DNA of 64,000 nt from an uncultured Spartobacteria bacterium (GCA_903847935.1 CAINEX010000095.1:2651-66650); one strand, 5' to 3'. Numbered from the stretch's first letter, positions 18,371-28,311 are shown. Translations and numbers: made by a program. The notes: generated by a model not told the origin, from the sequence alone.

Positions 18371-21300
18371 TCGGGAAGGGCAAGTTTCGGCTCTCCGTCA
18401 CTCTTTTTTGTCTGTTGATCTCTCTGGACGATCGCGGAAGCGGTGCGTTCGAGCTTCGACCACCGCACCCAACTCCCGGCAAGCGCTTTTAACATGCATT
18501 TCCAGACCACATAACCGAGCATCGGACGATAAAGAAGCCTCATCGGCACAGCAAGCCAGGCAGAACGAAGGCAACGCCTTGCAAGTTTCAGCGCGGCCAG
18601 AGCCAGGCAGACATCAAGAAGCAAGGAGGCCAAAAAATAGGGCCAGATGGCAACCCCCCTACCCAACCAGAGCGACCAGAAAACTATGATGTCGAGCACC
18701 GGAGTGATCGCGACCACGGCCATCTGAAAAACCCAAATCGATGGGAGGGCGAACCACCCCAGCCAACCCGACCCGGAGGCAAACAATAGATCCCCATGCT
18801 TCCAGAGGCACTGGAGGGTGCCGAAGGCCCAACGGAAACGCTGTGACAGAAGGGCCTTGATGCTCTCTGGAGCCTCCGTATCGGCAAAGGCATCCGAGGC
18901 AAAGACCACCCTCCAGCCAAGCTTGTGGATCAACAGTGTCAGATCGGTATCCTCGGCCAATGTATCGTTGGTTATCGGACCGGCCTGATCTAGCGTCTCC
19001 CTGCGGAAGGCACTGAGAGCTCCCGGAGCAACCACGATACAACCGAGCAAATCCTGCGCACGGCGGTCGATTTCAAAAGCACCGACATACTCAAGATCCT
19101 GAAATTTGCCAAGCCACCGACACGTGTTACCAACCCGGATGTGACCCGAGACCGCTCCCACCAAGGGGTCTGTCAATGGTGACACGAGTTTCCGGAGACC
19201 ATCACGGGCCACCATGGTATCGGCATCGATCATCACAATGATACCATGACGTGCTTCGGAGAGCGCCCTGCTGAGAGCGGATGCTTTTCCGCTATTGGGT
19301 TGGGTAAACAGATGCACCCGCCCATCGGCAGCAGCTATCTCAGCAACCACAGCCGCGGTATGATCCTTGGATCCATCATCCACCACCAGCACCTCGACCT
19401 CGGCCGGATAATCGGCATCCAAAAGATGGGCAATCGTCGAGGCAATCACCCTCTCCTCGTTATAAGCCGCAAGCAGGATGCTGATGGAAGGAAAGATTGT
19501 GGGGGCGGAGGTCGGTTGTTCTTTCTCGCGTCGGTGATGGCGGAAGGCGCACAGCGAATAAAAGACCACCCTCATCAGGGCGAGCAGGGTCACCACCATC
19601 AGCAGTGTCCATGCCCCCGCTTCGAGGAATCGCATGACAGCAAAGCCTCCGTAGACATACCGGGTCGAGAGGGTCTGATCCTGTTCCCGCAAAGGCGGCA
19701 TCACCGTGTCACGCGGCAGGCCGATGATATCAGAGAGATTCACGAACGTGTCGCCCCTGCTCCTCAGGTAGTCGATGATGCGAGGCAGGGCAGCCACAGT
19801 CTGGGAGCGATCGCCTCCCCCATCGTGAAGAAGAATGATGGAGCCCCCACTTGGCCTCTGTCGCTTGACTCTTTCCACCAGGGCATCCGCACCGGGGCGC
19901 TCCCAATCGTCGGGATCGATTGATTCCGCAACGGTGAGATACCCCAAGTCTCTTACCACACGCAGTGACCGGACTTCGCCAGCCTGGACCGGCGTGCCGT
20001 CGATACCAAAGGGGGGCCTGAAGTAGGCGGTGGAGCGTCCCGTCACCGCCTCGATCAGACGGGTCGTGGCATTGAGTTGAAGGGCGATCTGTTCGTCTCC
20101 CTCCTCTGCGATGTTCTGGTGTGTGTAGGTATGATTGCCGACTTCGTACCCCTCCCGGGCGATACGCTCGAGCAAATCGGGATAGTGCTGGACCTGCGTT
20201 CCCAGAACAAAAAACGCAGCGGGCACTTTTTTATCCTTCAGGATACTCAGGATCTTCGGTGTCCATTTGGGATCAGGACCATCATCAAAGGTGAGGGCCA
20301 CGTTGTGAGGGCCGGGATCACCCTGACGCACAATGCTCTCCGGCATGGGAAACCTCGCGTAACTCTCGAAGAGTTCCCCATTATCGGAACGGACTTCAAC
20401 GCTGCGCTCCCCGGGGTGAGGGTCATCGCCCACCGTGATGAAATCACCGCTTCCCGTGGAGGCAATCAGTTCATCCAAGGAAATGATTGCCAGACCCTTC
20501 AGTTCTTTCTCAGATGGCATTTGCAGCGGATCAGCACGCAGGACATTCCAGACCGAGGGATCCTCGGCGCCCAGCCGGTAAAGGGCATAGCCCCCAGGAT
20601 GATAGGGGGCCGCGGCCCGCCTCTGGTTGGCAAGACAAACGGCGTCAAGGAACCAAACCTCGTTTTCCTGAGTTTGGGCAGGACCGGCGAGATAATCGAA
20701 ATGAGGCGACCACTCGCTCGAATCAACTTGGCTTGGATCCACGCCGGCCTGGTAGGCCCTGGCCATGGCATCAGTGAAGCTAATCGGTTCCACGGAATGG
20801 TTGTCCTTTCTCCACTGGTACCCGTAGGAGCCCATCCCGATGACCCATTGCTCGGGGTGACCGTAAACCATCATGGTCTTCAGCCATCCTTGAAACCAGT
20901 CGCTATCCGCCAGAGGTCCCGGGTCGTCGGGATCGGAGTTCTCGTCATAGAGTCCGGCAACCAGTCTGTCAGCGGATTTTGTGATCGACTCGAGGTCAAA
21001 TGCATCGAAATCATTCCCTGTTGGAACGGTGAACCAGAGTTGCTTTCCGGAGGCGTGAAGGCGATCGGCTAGCTCCTTGATCAACCGGGATGTCTCATCC
21101 TTGTACGTGGGATCCAGATTGCTCCATTCCAATAACAAACCTGTGGAACCGGGGGGCATGCGGCCTGCAAGTTTGTCGATGAATGCGGCGCGATCGGATT
21201 GGGAGGATCTAGCCAAGGCTTCGACCGCTTCGGGTTGCCAGTCATCTCCCTCAAGATTGCGGAGAATGGGAAGAAATCCGAGTCCCCTCCGCACGGCAAG

Positions 21301-21765
21301 GAGACGGGCATTGTCAGCGGCATCCTCCACCAAGGTTCCCTCCACTCCCTTGAGGCTGAACCAGTCAACGGCGACATGGGTGAGTTGATCGGCATGACGA
21401 TCCATGGAGAGGAGCGATACAGGATCCCATGGAGAGACATACCCGAGCATTACTCCGGTCTCCGGAGATTTCTGGGCAACCGATGCGGGAGAGCCGGAAG
21501 CCGACACCCCGGAGAACCGGATCCGGCGCCAATCGTCCTTGGCATCCATCACGGGCATCTTTGCCGCAGGGAGTGCCTTGAACTGATCGTGAAACTTTCG
21601 AAGTGTCAACGGAAGCCGGAGCGAAGGACCTATCAGCAGACCCCAGAAAAAGTATCCGGTTGCCCCGACAAGCAATACGGCGCCGAACAGGATGATCACC
21701 TGAAGCACACGGCGTCGCACCCCACGCGGATCTGAAAAAACGGTTTTTTCCTGCTCGGGAGACAA
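18367..21765 (-). CDS. multidomain exopolysaccharide synthase: TM + GH18-like domain + CE4 (NodB) deacetylase + processive GT2 + C-terminal TM bundle
   Basis: 1132 aa. NodB motifs TFDDGP, GNHTYTH and YFRPPFG. GT2 motifs VVDDGSKD, IDADT and QRFRWAFG. The N-terminal region has a GH18-like pattern with a degenerate catalytic motif (STGLLLEWSN). TTG start, so the exact start is uncertain. Confidence 0.85.
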   Translation of the reverse strand: MSPEQEKTVFSDPRGVRRRVLQVIILFGAVLLVGATGYFFWGLLIGPSLRLPLTLRKFHDQFKALPAAKMPVMDAKDDWRRIRFSGVSASGSPASVAQKSPETGVMLGYVSPWDPVSLLSMDRHADQLTHVAVDWFSLKGVEGTLVEDAADNARLLAVRRGLGFLPILRNLEGDDWQPEAVEALARSSQSDRAAFIDKLAGRMPPGSTGLLLEWSNLDPTYKDETSRLIKELADRLHASGKQLWFTVPTGNDFDAFDLESITKSADRLVAGLYDENSDPDDPGPLADSDWFQGWLKTMMVYGHPEQWVIGMGSYGYQWRKDNHSVEPISFTDAMARAYQAGVDPSQVDSSEWSPHFDYLAGPAQTQENEVWFLDAVCLANQRRAAAPYHPGGYALYRLGAEDPSVWNVLRADPLQMPSEKELKGLAIISLDELIASTGSGDFITVGDDPHPGERSVEVRSDNGELFESYARFPMPESIVRQGDPGPHNVALTFDDGPDPKWTPKILSILKDKKVPAAFFVLGTQVQHYPDLLERIAREGYEVGNHTYTHQNIAEEGDEQIALQLNATTRLIEAVTGRSTAYFRPPFGIDGTPVQAGEVRSLRVVRDLGYLTVAESIDPDDWERPGADALVERVKRQRPSGGSIILLHDGGGDRSQTVAALPRIIDYLRSRGDTFVNLSDIIGLPRDTVMPPLREQDQTLSTRYVYGGFAVMRFLEAGAWTLLMVVTLLALMRVVFYSLCAFRHHRREKEQPTSAPTIFPSISILLAAYNEERVIASTIAHLLDADYPAEVEVLVVDDGSKDHTAAVVAEIAAADGRVHLFTQPNSGKASALSRALSEARHGIIVMIDADTMVARDGLRKLVSPLTDPLVGAVSGHIRVGNTCRWLGKFQDLEYVGAFEIDRRAQDLLGCIVVAPGALSAFRRETLDQAGPITNDTLAEDTDLTLLIHKLGWRVVFASDAFADTEAPESIKALLSQRFRWAFGTLQCLWKHGDLLFASGSGWLGWFALPSIWVFQMAVVAITPVLDIIVFWSLWLGRGVAIWPYFLASLLLDVCLALAALKLARRCLRSAWLAVPMRLLYRPMLGYVVWKCMLKALAGSWVRWSKLERTASAIVQRDQQTKKSDGEPKLALPE

Positions 21766-21920
21766 GGGGGAAGGTGGCGAGTGTGGCTTAATGTTATCCG
21801 AAAGGATTGATCAGGGAGACATTAGCAGTAGCAAAACTCCCGGTATAGTTGAATTCGTACCGAGACCTCTCCACGAATGCTCGGACATCGACGTGGGAAG
21901 ATAAGTCACCAAAAAAATCC

Positions 21921-22493
21921 TCACCCGGCAGGCGGTTCCGTGAAATGTGTTTCGATGACCCTGATCACCCGATCAACCGGCAGTCCAATGACATTCTCAA
22001 GCGACCCCTCGATCCGCTCGATCAAACGGCCCTCATCCTCTTGGGCCGAGTAACCTCCCGCCTTGTCCAACGGGTTGATTTCCAACAGATAGGAAGCGAT
22101 CTGAACGGCATCGATGTTGCGAAAAGAAACACGGGTTGACTCAACGAACTGGCATCGCACCCCAGTCCTACCACCCTTCAGCAGACAGACTCCGGTAAGC
22201 ACCTCATGGACCCTCCCTCCGAGTCGGGAGAGCATGTCGGCGGCATGATCTAGATTATCGGGTTTGCCGAGGATTTCACCATCCAGCACAACAACGGTAT
22301 CAGCGCCGAGAACCAATTCCCCATGTCTGCTTGAAGAGACTGACCGTGCCTTCATGAAGGCATTTTCCAAAACTAGCTCACGGGGAGCAATCCCTCCCTT
22401 GATTTCCTCAACATCTGAAGGACAGACGATGACCTCAAATCCGGATGCAACGAGCAGGGAATGACGTCGGGGGGAAGCCGACGCCAGAATCAA
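21921..22493 (-). CDS. maf: Maf-family nucleoside triphosphate pyrophosphatase
   Basis: 190 aa. MILASASPRRHSLL, GADTVV and GAYSAQE-like (GGYSAQED) motifs. Confidence 0.88.
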   Translation of the reverse strand: MILASASPRRHSLLVASGFEVIVCPSDVEEIKGGIAPRELVLENAFMKARSVSSSRHGELVLGADTVVVLDGEILGKPDNLDHAADMLSRLGGRVHEVLTGVCLLKGGRTGVRCQFVESTRVSFRNIDAVQIASYLLEINPLDKAGGYSAQEDEGRLIERIEGSLENVIGLPVDRVIRVIETHFTEPPAG

Positions 22494-22527
22494 CCTGTGG
22501 GGAAGAGGTCCTTTTTTCAGCGTTTCC

Positions 22528-22827
22528 CTAGATCAAGTGGTCCGTATCGTGAAATCCCACATCCTCCCGGATCGACTCCAGTTGGCGTCGGACTCGTCTT
22601 GCGGAATGAGGACGATTGCGCACCTTGGAGATCACGCTTGCGATAACCGGAGCCAGCACAAGAGCACCCGCCACCAAGAGGACTCCGCCCGCCCGCCGAC
22701 GCGATTCTCCTGAAATTTTATCGGCTATCAGCAGACCGAATCCCACTCCGGCGGCGGCTTGCGAGAGACCGATGGTCCCGGTCACTGGAAGATTGTCTGA
22801 AAGTTTATTTAAGGAAATCTGCGACAT
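22528..22827 (-). CDS. hypothetical small membrane protein
   Basis: Trimmed to the ATG at 22827. Two hydrophobic segments (GVGFGLLIA, VLLVAGALVLAPVIASVI) and a basic C-terminus. No family recognised. Confidence 0.4.
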   Translation of the reverse strand: MSQISLNKLSDNLPVTGTIGLSQAAAGVGFGLLIADKISGESRRRAGGVLLVAGALVLAPVIASVISKVRNRPHSARRVRRQLESIREDVGFHDTDHLI

Positions 22828-22952
22828 ATCATGTATCCCTACTCCTCTGCCAGTCTCGGCGCAATCCGGAATCCAAGGCTTTTGCATCCATTTTACGATT
22901 GTCAGGCCTCACCTGCCTTGCCACACGCCTCGCTCTCGGGTGTCATGAGCGG

Positions 22953-23402
22953 GTGAAAATCACTTCCCGCGCCCTTGGAGTGGATCCCGGATCCGCACGC
23001 ATTGGATTGGCTCTCAGTGATGAGATGGGATTCATGGCTCATCCCCTGCAAACACTGAAAGTGGGTGGCAAAGACGAGGTCACCATCCTCGCCCTTAACG
23101 CGGCAGCGATTGCCGCTGTGGCCGCTGAGAAAAACTCACCTGCGATCGTGATCGGCCTTCCCCGCAACATGAACGGAAGCTATGGTGCCGCAGCCGAAAA
23201 AAGCCGGGCCCTTGCTGAAGCGGTTGCCGCCCTTACCACGGCCCGCGTGATCCTTTGGGATGAACGACTAACCACAGCGGTTGCCACACGTCGCCTCCAT
23301 GAAGCGGGTCTGGACAGCCGGGCACAGCGTCAGATCATCGATCAGGCTGCTGCTGTCCAGATCCTGCAGGATTGGCTGGATTCCAATTCCAGCTCGATGT
23401 GA
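22953..23402 (+). CDS. ruvX: Holliday junction resolvase-like nuclease RuvX (YqgF)
   Basis: ALGVDPGSARIGLALSD near the N-terminus and a DERLTT motif. Start placed at GTG 22953; the ORF track gives TTG 22899. Confidence 0.8.
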   Translation: MKITSRALGVDPGSARIGLALSDEMGFMAHPLQTLKVGGKDEVTILALNAAAIAAVAAEKNSPAIVIGLPRNMNGSYGAAAEKSRALAEAVAALTTARVILWDERLTTAVATRRLHEAGLDSRAQRQIIDQAAAVQILQDWLDSNSSSM

Positions 23403-23431
23403 ATTCCAATCTAGCAACCTCTTCCCCATCG

Positions 23432-24205
23432 ATGAACCTCCGTCTCCTCGTTGCATACGACGGCACTCTGTTTCGAGGCTGGCAAAGCCAGCCTGGCGGC
23501 AACACGGTGCAGGATACCCTCGAGGCGGTCATTGCCAAGATCGTCGGGGAGCGCGTCATTGTATACGGCTCGGGACGTACCGATGCGGGGGTTCATGCTC
23601 TCGGCCAAACGGTCAACTTCACCCTCACTCCCAAGCAGGTGGAACGGATCGGTCGCATGGCAGACTCCTCACGCTGGGTTGCCGCGCTGAACGCTTCCCT
23701 GCCAAGCGAACTGCGTGTTCTTAAGGCCACGCGAGCAGCAAAAGGTTTCGAGTCTCGTTTCTCCGCAACCGGTAAAATCTACCGCTACGATCTCTGGCAC
23801 GGACCAGTCCTTCCTCCCCATCTGCATAGGAGGGCATGGCACCTCTTCGGGAATCTTGATCGGCAGATGATCCGCAGGCTTTCGGTCACACTCGAGGGAA
23901 CCCATGACTTTCGGGGCTTCTGCGCCGACTCGGGATCCCTCCCAAAAAGCACCGTAAGAACGATCCATCGAATCACCGTGCGTGAGCGAGGTCCGGCGAT
24001 CTCGCTCACATTCAAGGGGGATGGATTCCTCTACAGGATGGTTCGCATGCTGGTCGGCGGCATGGTCCGTGTTGCCCAAGGAAAAGAGGAGAACAGCCTC
24101 TTCCTGAAGCGCCTCACTGAGGGAAAACCTTGGCCTGCTCCGGCCATGGCCCCTGCTGATGGCCTCTACCTTGTTAAGGCGCTCTACGGCAAAAAGCGCT
24201 CTTGA
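23432..24205 (+). CDS. truA: tRNA pseudouridine(38-40) synthase
   Basis: Trimmed to the ATG at 23432 (MNLRLLVAYDGTLFRGWQSQ). Catalytic GSGRTDAGVHA and FLYRMVR motifs. Confidence 0.92.
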   Translation: MNLRLLVAYDGTLFRGWQSQPGGNTVQDTLEAVIAKIVGERVIVYGSGRTDAGVHALGQTVNFTLTPKQVERIGRMADSSRWVAALNASLPSELRVLKATRAAKGFESRFSATGKIYRYDLWHGPVLPPHLHRRAWHLFGNLDRQMIRRLSVTLEGTHDFRGFCADSGSLPKSTVRTIHRITVRERGPAISLTFKGDGFLYRMVRMLVGGMVRVAQGKEENSLFLKRLTEGKPWPAPAMAPADGLYLVKALYGKKRS

Positions 24206-24261
24206 TTGGAATCGCATCTCCACGGCTTGATCCATCGCACACGGATGGTAGCCTCTAGCGC

Positions 24262-25479
24262 GTGCCGCCCACCACAATCCGCATTCCTGCCCACAACGCT
24301 CTAGGAGTAGCTTTCTTGCTCACCCTCCTCTTCCGTATGGTGCTGGTGCCTCAACCGGAATTGCGCGCGGAACTCACCGATGCTCAGAAAAAAGATGCTT
24401 TTCTTAAAAACCAATCCGCCAAGTCCTCTTCCGCGTCATCCTCTTCATCTTCACCCAAAAAGAAGAAAAAACCTTCCACTCAGTCATCCTCAAGGTCAGG
24501 AACTCAGGGAGATTTCAAGAAGCATACAACATCGGGCACTTCATCAGATTCCACCAAAGAGTTAGGGACCGGCTCGTCCTCAGGGCCTTCCAAAAAACAT
24601 TCCTCCTCGCATTCCAAGTCACACCATCTTCCGCAGACACACCATGCGAACCCTGAGGGCGTTAACCGCTCCGCCTCCTCACCAGAGCCTTCACAACCAC
24701 AACGTGACGCGAAAAAATCCCATGTTTCAGCCGCCGTCTACCACCCACCGAAAAGCGTTTCACCAGCCCAAGTTCCCCACACCGTAGAGCCCCCTTCACC
24801 CCCTTTGCCACCTCTCTCCACGACACTGCCCCTCCCTCGGGGAGCGACTCCCTCAGCCCCCATCACGATTGAAAAATCCGGCGTCGAGGCCTCGCAGGGG
24901 TTGGAACCTGTGCCCGCGCCCGAACACTCGGGTCACGCCTGGGACTGGCTCTTCGGATCGCATAAAACCTACACCTATCTTAGCGCTTCAACACGTACCG
25001 CCATCGATAGGGCCCCTGTACGCCGGGGACGCTGGAAGTACATTGTCGTCCACAATAGCGGAACTCGGGAGGGAAATGCCCGGATTTTCGACATCTACCA
25101 TCTCCGGGTTCGCCACATGAAGAATGGGCTGGCCTATCATTTTGTGATCGGGGATGGCCATGGATCTGGAGACGGAGCCATTGAAATCGGTCACCGTTGG
25201 ACAGCACAACTCAATGGGGGCCATGTCGCAAGCGACTATCTCAATGACATTGCTCTCGGTGTTTGCCTTGTCGGGGACTTCAATCGGGACATGCCCACTA
25301 AGGCACAGATCGGGGCACTCGACGAACTTGTGGGATACTTACGCGACCGGGTAGGCAAGACCCAGGGAAGACGGGCCATCGTCCATGCTCACAAGGAAAT
25401 CAACCCGAAGCCAACCGACTGCCCAGGTGACCGCTTTCCATACAACTGGCTTCATGCAAGATTCGGAAATGCCAATTGA
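24262..25479 (+). CDS. N-acetylmuramoyl-L-alanine amidase (Amidase_2/PGRP fold) with long Ser/Lys/Pro-rich linker
   Basis: 405 aa with a GTG start. N-terminal hydrophobic anchor, then about 200 aa of low-complexity region. C-terminal domain has IVVHNSGT, YHFVIGDG and HKEINPKPTDCPG. Confidence 0.75.
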   Translation: MPPTTIRIPAHNALGVAFLLTLLFRMVLVPQPELRAELTDAQKKDAFLKNQSAKSSSASSSSSSPKKKKKPSTQSSSRSGTQGDFKKHTTSGTSSDSTKELGTGSSSGPSKKHSSSHSKSHHLPQTHHANPEGVNRSASSPEPSQPQRDAKKSHVSAAVYHPPKSVSPAQVPHTVEPPSPPLPPLSTTLPLPRGATPSAPITIEKSGVEASQGLEPVPAPEHSGHAWDWLFGSHKTYTYLSASTRTAIDRAPVRRGRWKYIVVHNSGTREGNARIFDIYHLRVRHMKNGLAYHFVIGDGHGSGDGAIEIGHRWTAQLNGGHVASDYLNDIALGVCLVGDFNRDMPTKAQIGALDELVGYLRDRVGKTQGRRAIVHAHKEINPKPTDCPGDRFPYNWLHARFGNAN

Positions 25480-25509
25480 ACGGAGCACTGCCCCTACTGC
25501 ACACAAGTC

Positions 25510-26379
25510 ATGAAAATAGGCATCACAGGCGCCACGGGCTTCATAGGTTGCACGGTGCGAAGGGCGGCGCTAGCCAAGGGTGACGAGATTCTCCTCTTCA
25601 GCCGCCGCCCCAAAAAGGAAGGCCGACTCTTCTCCCTCACCAGACCGCTGGACGTTTCCAACTGCGACGGACTGGTGCACTTGGCAGGCGAATCGATCCT
25701 CGGCCTATGGACACGGGAAAAGCGGCGGAAAATTATGGAGAGCCGCGTGGAGGGAACTCGCCGTTTAGTGGAAGGTATGGCGATCGCGGAAGTGCGGCCT
25801 AAGGTGCTCGTCAGTGCCTCAGCCATCGGTTATTATGGAGATACGGGTGAGGTGATTACCGATGAGGATGCTCCTCCGGGCAAAGGGTTTCTTGCAGAGG
25901 TCGCCCAAGCATGGGAAGCAGAAGCCCTCCAGGCCAGGTCGTTGGGTGTCCGGGTCGTGCTACTCCGAATCGGCTTTGTCTTGGGACGGGAAGGAGGTGC
26001 CATGAACCTCATCAAGCCGGTCTTCCGTGCGGGACTCGGGGGCAGACTCGGATCGGGCCATCAGTGGATGTCGTGTATTGAAGTCGAGGACCTGGCCACC
26101 ATGGTGATGGAGTGCCTTCACAATGATTTGATCAGCGGCCCCATGAATGCGGTAATGCCCTCTCCTGTCACCAACGCGGCTTTCACCAAGGCCGCTGCCC
26201 GGGCAGCCCGCCGTCCGGCGCTCTTTCCAGCCCCCGCATTCGCCCTGCGACTGGCGCTTGGTGAGCTCTCCCACGTGTTGCTCGACAGTCAGCGTATTAT
26301 CCCAAAAAAATTTAATGATCAGAACTTTACGTATCGTTTTGGGGAGCTGGACACAGCGATGCGGCAAGCATTCCACTAA
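25510..26379 (+). CDS. NAD-dependent epimerase family protein (YfcH/TIGR01777-like, DUF1731 C-terminus)
   Basis: 289 aa. MKIGITGATGFIG Rossmann start and VNLAGESI-like HLAGESILG. The C-terminal region is typical of the YfcH family. Confidence 0.82.
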   Translation: MKIGITGATGFIGCTVRRAALAKGDEILLFSRRPKKEGRLFSLTRPLDVSNCDGLVHLAGESILGLWTREKRRKIMESRVEGTRRLVEGMAIAEVRPKVLVSASAIGYYGDTGEVITDEDAPPGKGFLAEVAQAWEAEALQARSLGVRVVLLRIGFVLGREGGAMNLIKPVFRAGLGGRLGSGHQWMSCIEVEDLATMVMECLHNDLISGPMNAVMPSPVTNAAFTKAAARAARRPALFPAPAFALRLALGELSHVLLDSQRIIPKKFNDQNFTYRFGELDTAMRQAFH

Positions 26380-26471
26380 GGCTTTTTATTTTTCTCAGAA
26401 GCAACTTCTCCCCTCTGGGGTGGGGCATCTCTTCTTGCAAGAAACGTATTGGAGAGTAGATTATCTCTTCT

Positions 26472-27434
26472 ATGTCGAGCAAACCTGTCTCCTTCAAGGC
26501 CAAGATCGTCCTCCAACTCTTGGTCTGGGTTCCCCTTTTGGCCACCGCCTTCGCAATTTATTCCCTCTGGGGTCGTTTCATCACCTCCAAGGATCTGATC
26601 CTGCTAGTCGTCGGCTACGTCTTGTGCGCCCTCGGCATCACGGTCGGCTATCATAGGATGCTTACCCACAAAGGTTTTGAAGCTCCTGATTGGATCCGTG
26701 CCTTCTTCCTGATCTGTGGTTCGATGGCCTTCCAAGGTCCTGCTCTGAACTGGGCGGCCACCCATATCCAGCACCATGCCAACTCTGATGAGGATGAAGA
26801 TCCGCATAGCCCCGTAAAAAGTTTCTTCCATGCCCATGTTGGCTGGATCCTCGATGACTTCCGTCCCGATGTGCAACGCTATGCCGGGCCCCTCCTCAAG
26901 GATAAATTGGTGGTCTTCATCAGCAACACTTTCGTGTTTTGGGCGCTCCTGAGCCTTGTAATCCCTTACCTGATCGGAGGCTGGTATGGCCTCCTCTGGG
27001 GGGGAGCCGTCCGTATGTTCCTCAACCATCATGTCACTTGGGCGGTGAATTCGGTATGCCATACCTATGGCAAGCGTGAGTTCGTCACAACGGACCAAAG
27101 CAGGAACAATCTCCTGATCGGCCTACTTGCCATGGGAGAGGGATGGCACAATAACCACCACGCTTTCCCCCGCTCCGCCAATCACGGCATGCACTGGTGG
27201 CAGATCGACCCATCGGCCTACATTATCGGCGGGTTGGAAAAATTGGGGCTGATCAAGAGTGTTGTTCGCATTTCCGAGGAGCGCCGTGCCAAACGCCGTG
27301 TCTCAGCAGATGTGGCCGAGGAGCGCGATGTTCTGCCGGGTGTCATCCTTGAGACCGGTGCTGCTGCTGCCGTGATGGCAGGAACCATGGCCGAGGTCGT
27401 CACTCAAGCAGCCGCGCAACAGCCTCCGCTCTAG
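26472..27434 (+). CDS. acyl-CoA/acyl-lipid delta-9-type fatty acid desaturase
   Basis: 320 aa. Three His boxes: HRMLTH, HIQHHANSD(EDEDPHSP) and HNNHHAFP. Two TM hairpins. Confidence 0.88.
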   Translation: MSSKPVSFKAKIVLQLLVWVPLLATAFAIYSLWGRFITSKDLILLVVGYVLCALGITVGYHRMLTHKGFEAPDWIRAFFLICGSMAFQGPALNWAATHIQHHANSDEDEDPHSPVKSFFHAHVGWILDDFRPDVQRYAGPLLKDKLVVFISNTFVFWALLSLVIPYLIGGWYGLLWGGAVRMFLNHHVTWAVNSVCHTYGKREFVTTDQSRNNLLIGLLAMGEGWHNNHHAFPRSANHGMHWWQIDPSAYIIGGLEKLGLIKSVVRISEERRAKRRVSADVAEERDVLPGVILETGAAAAVMAGTMAEVVTQAAAQQPPL

Positions 27435-27486
27435 GAACTTTCATTCTTCCGAGAAGGGCTGCACTTCCAGTCGCTTCGACTGATCC

Positions 27487-28311
27487 ATGAACAGGCCACG
27501 AACCGCACTTCGTGGCCTTTCTCATTATTGGCAGATCTATTTCATCATGTTCCGTAATTCGCTCATCAGGGAGATGAGCTTCAAACTGAACTTCCTCCTC
27601 TGGATGCTGGTCGAGGTCCTTTGGTTCATGGGGCAGATTGTCTTTATCGAGGTGGTCTTTTCCTATGTCGGGGGCATCGGGGGATGGTCGAAGTGGGAAG
27701 TCGTGCTTCTGATCGGTACCCACCAGCTGATCGGCCAGCTTTTCCAAGCATTCTTCTACATGAACCTGGCGAATTTGCCCGAGCTTGTGCGCACGGGCAA
27801 AATGGATTTCATGCTCCTTCTCCCGGTGGATACCCAGTTCGTGGTCTCGATGAAGCAGTTCGGTATGGATAATGTCGTCAATGCCTTCGTTGGAGCCGGG
27901 TTCGTCTCCTTCTCGCTCTGGAAGCTCGCCATTCTCCCGACGTTTCCGCAGATCCTGCTCTATGCCGTCGCCGTCTTCTGCGGCATTCTGATCCACTACA
28001 GTATCATGCTCGTCTTTGCCGCATCCAGCTTCTGGATGGTCCGCTCTCAGGGGCTGATTTATGGCTACTACAGCCTCTTCAATATCGGACGCTACCCGGA
28101 CACCATCTACCGGGGCGCATTTAAACTGGTCTTCAGTTGGCTGATCCCGGTGATCATCGTGGCCAACATCCCCTCCCGTATCCTCATCCATGCCACCGAA
28201 AATCCCTGGCCCATTATCCTCCAGTTAATTGCTGCCACTCTCCTCATGGTCGGTGCCACACGACTGATGTGGAACGCTGCCCTGCGGCACTACTCAAGCG
28301 CCAGCTCCTGA
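27487..28311 (+). CDS. ABC-2-type transporter permease-like protein (DUF990-like)
   Basis: 274 aa with six hydrophobic segments. VRTGKMDFMLLLPV resembles the conserved RxGxLDxxLxxP block of this permease family. No ATPase gene is adjacent. Confidence 0.65.
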   Translation: MNRPRTALRGLSHYWQIYFIMFRNSLIREMSFKLNFLLWMLVEVLWFMGQIVFIEVVFSYVGGIGGWSKWEVVLLIGTHQLIGQLFQAFFYMNLANLPELVRTGKMDFMLLLPVDTQFVVSMKQFGMDNVVNAFVGAGFVSFSLWKLAILPTFPQILLYAVAVFCGILIHYSIMLVFAASSFWMVRSQGLIYGYYSLFNIGRYPDTIYRGAFKLVFSWLIPVIIVANIPSRILIHATENPWPIILQLIAATLLMVGATRLMWNAALRHYSSASS

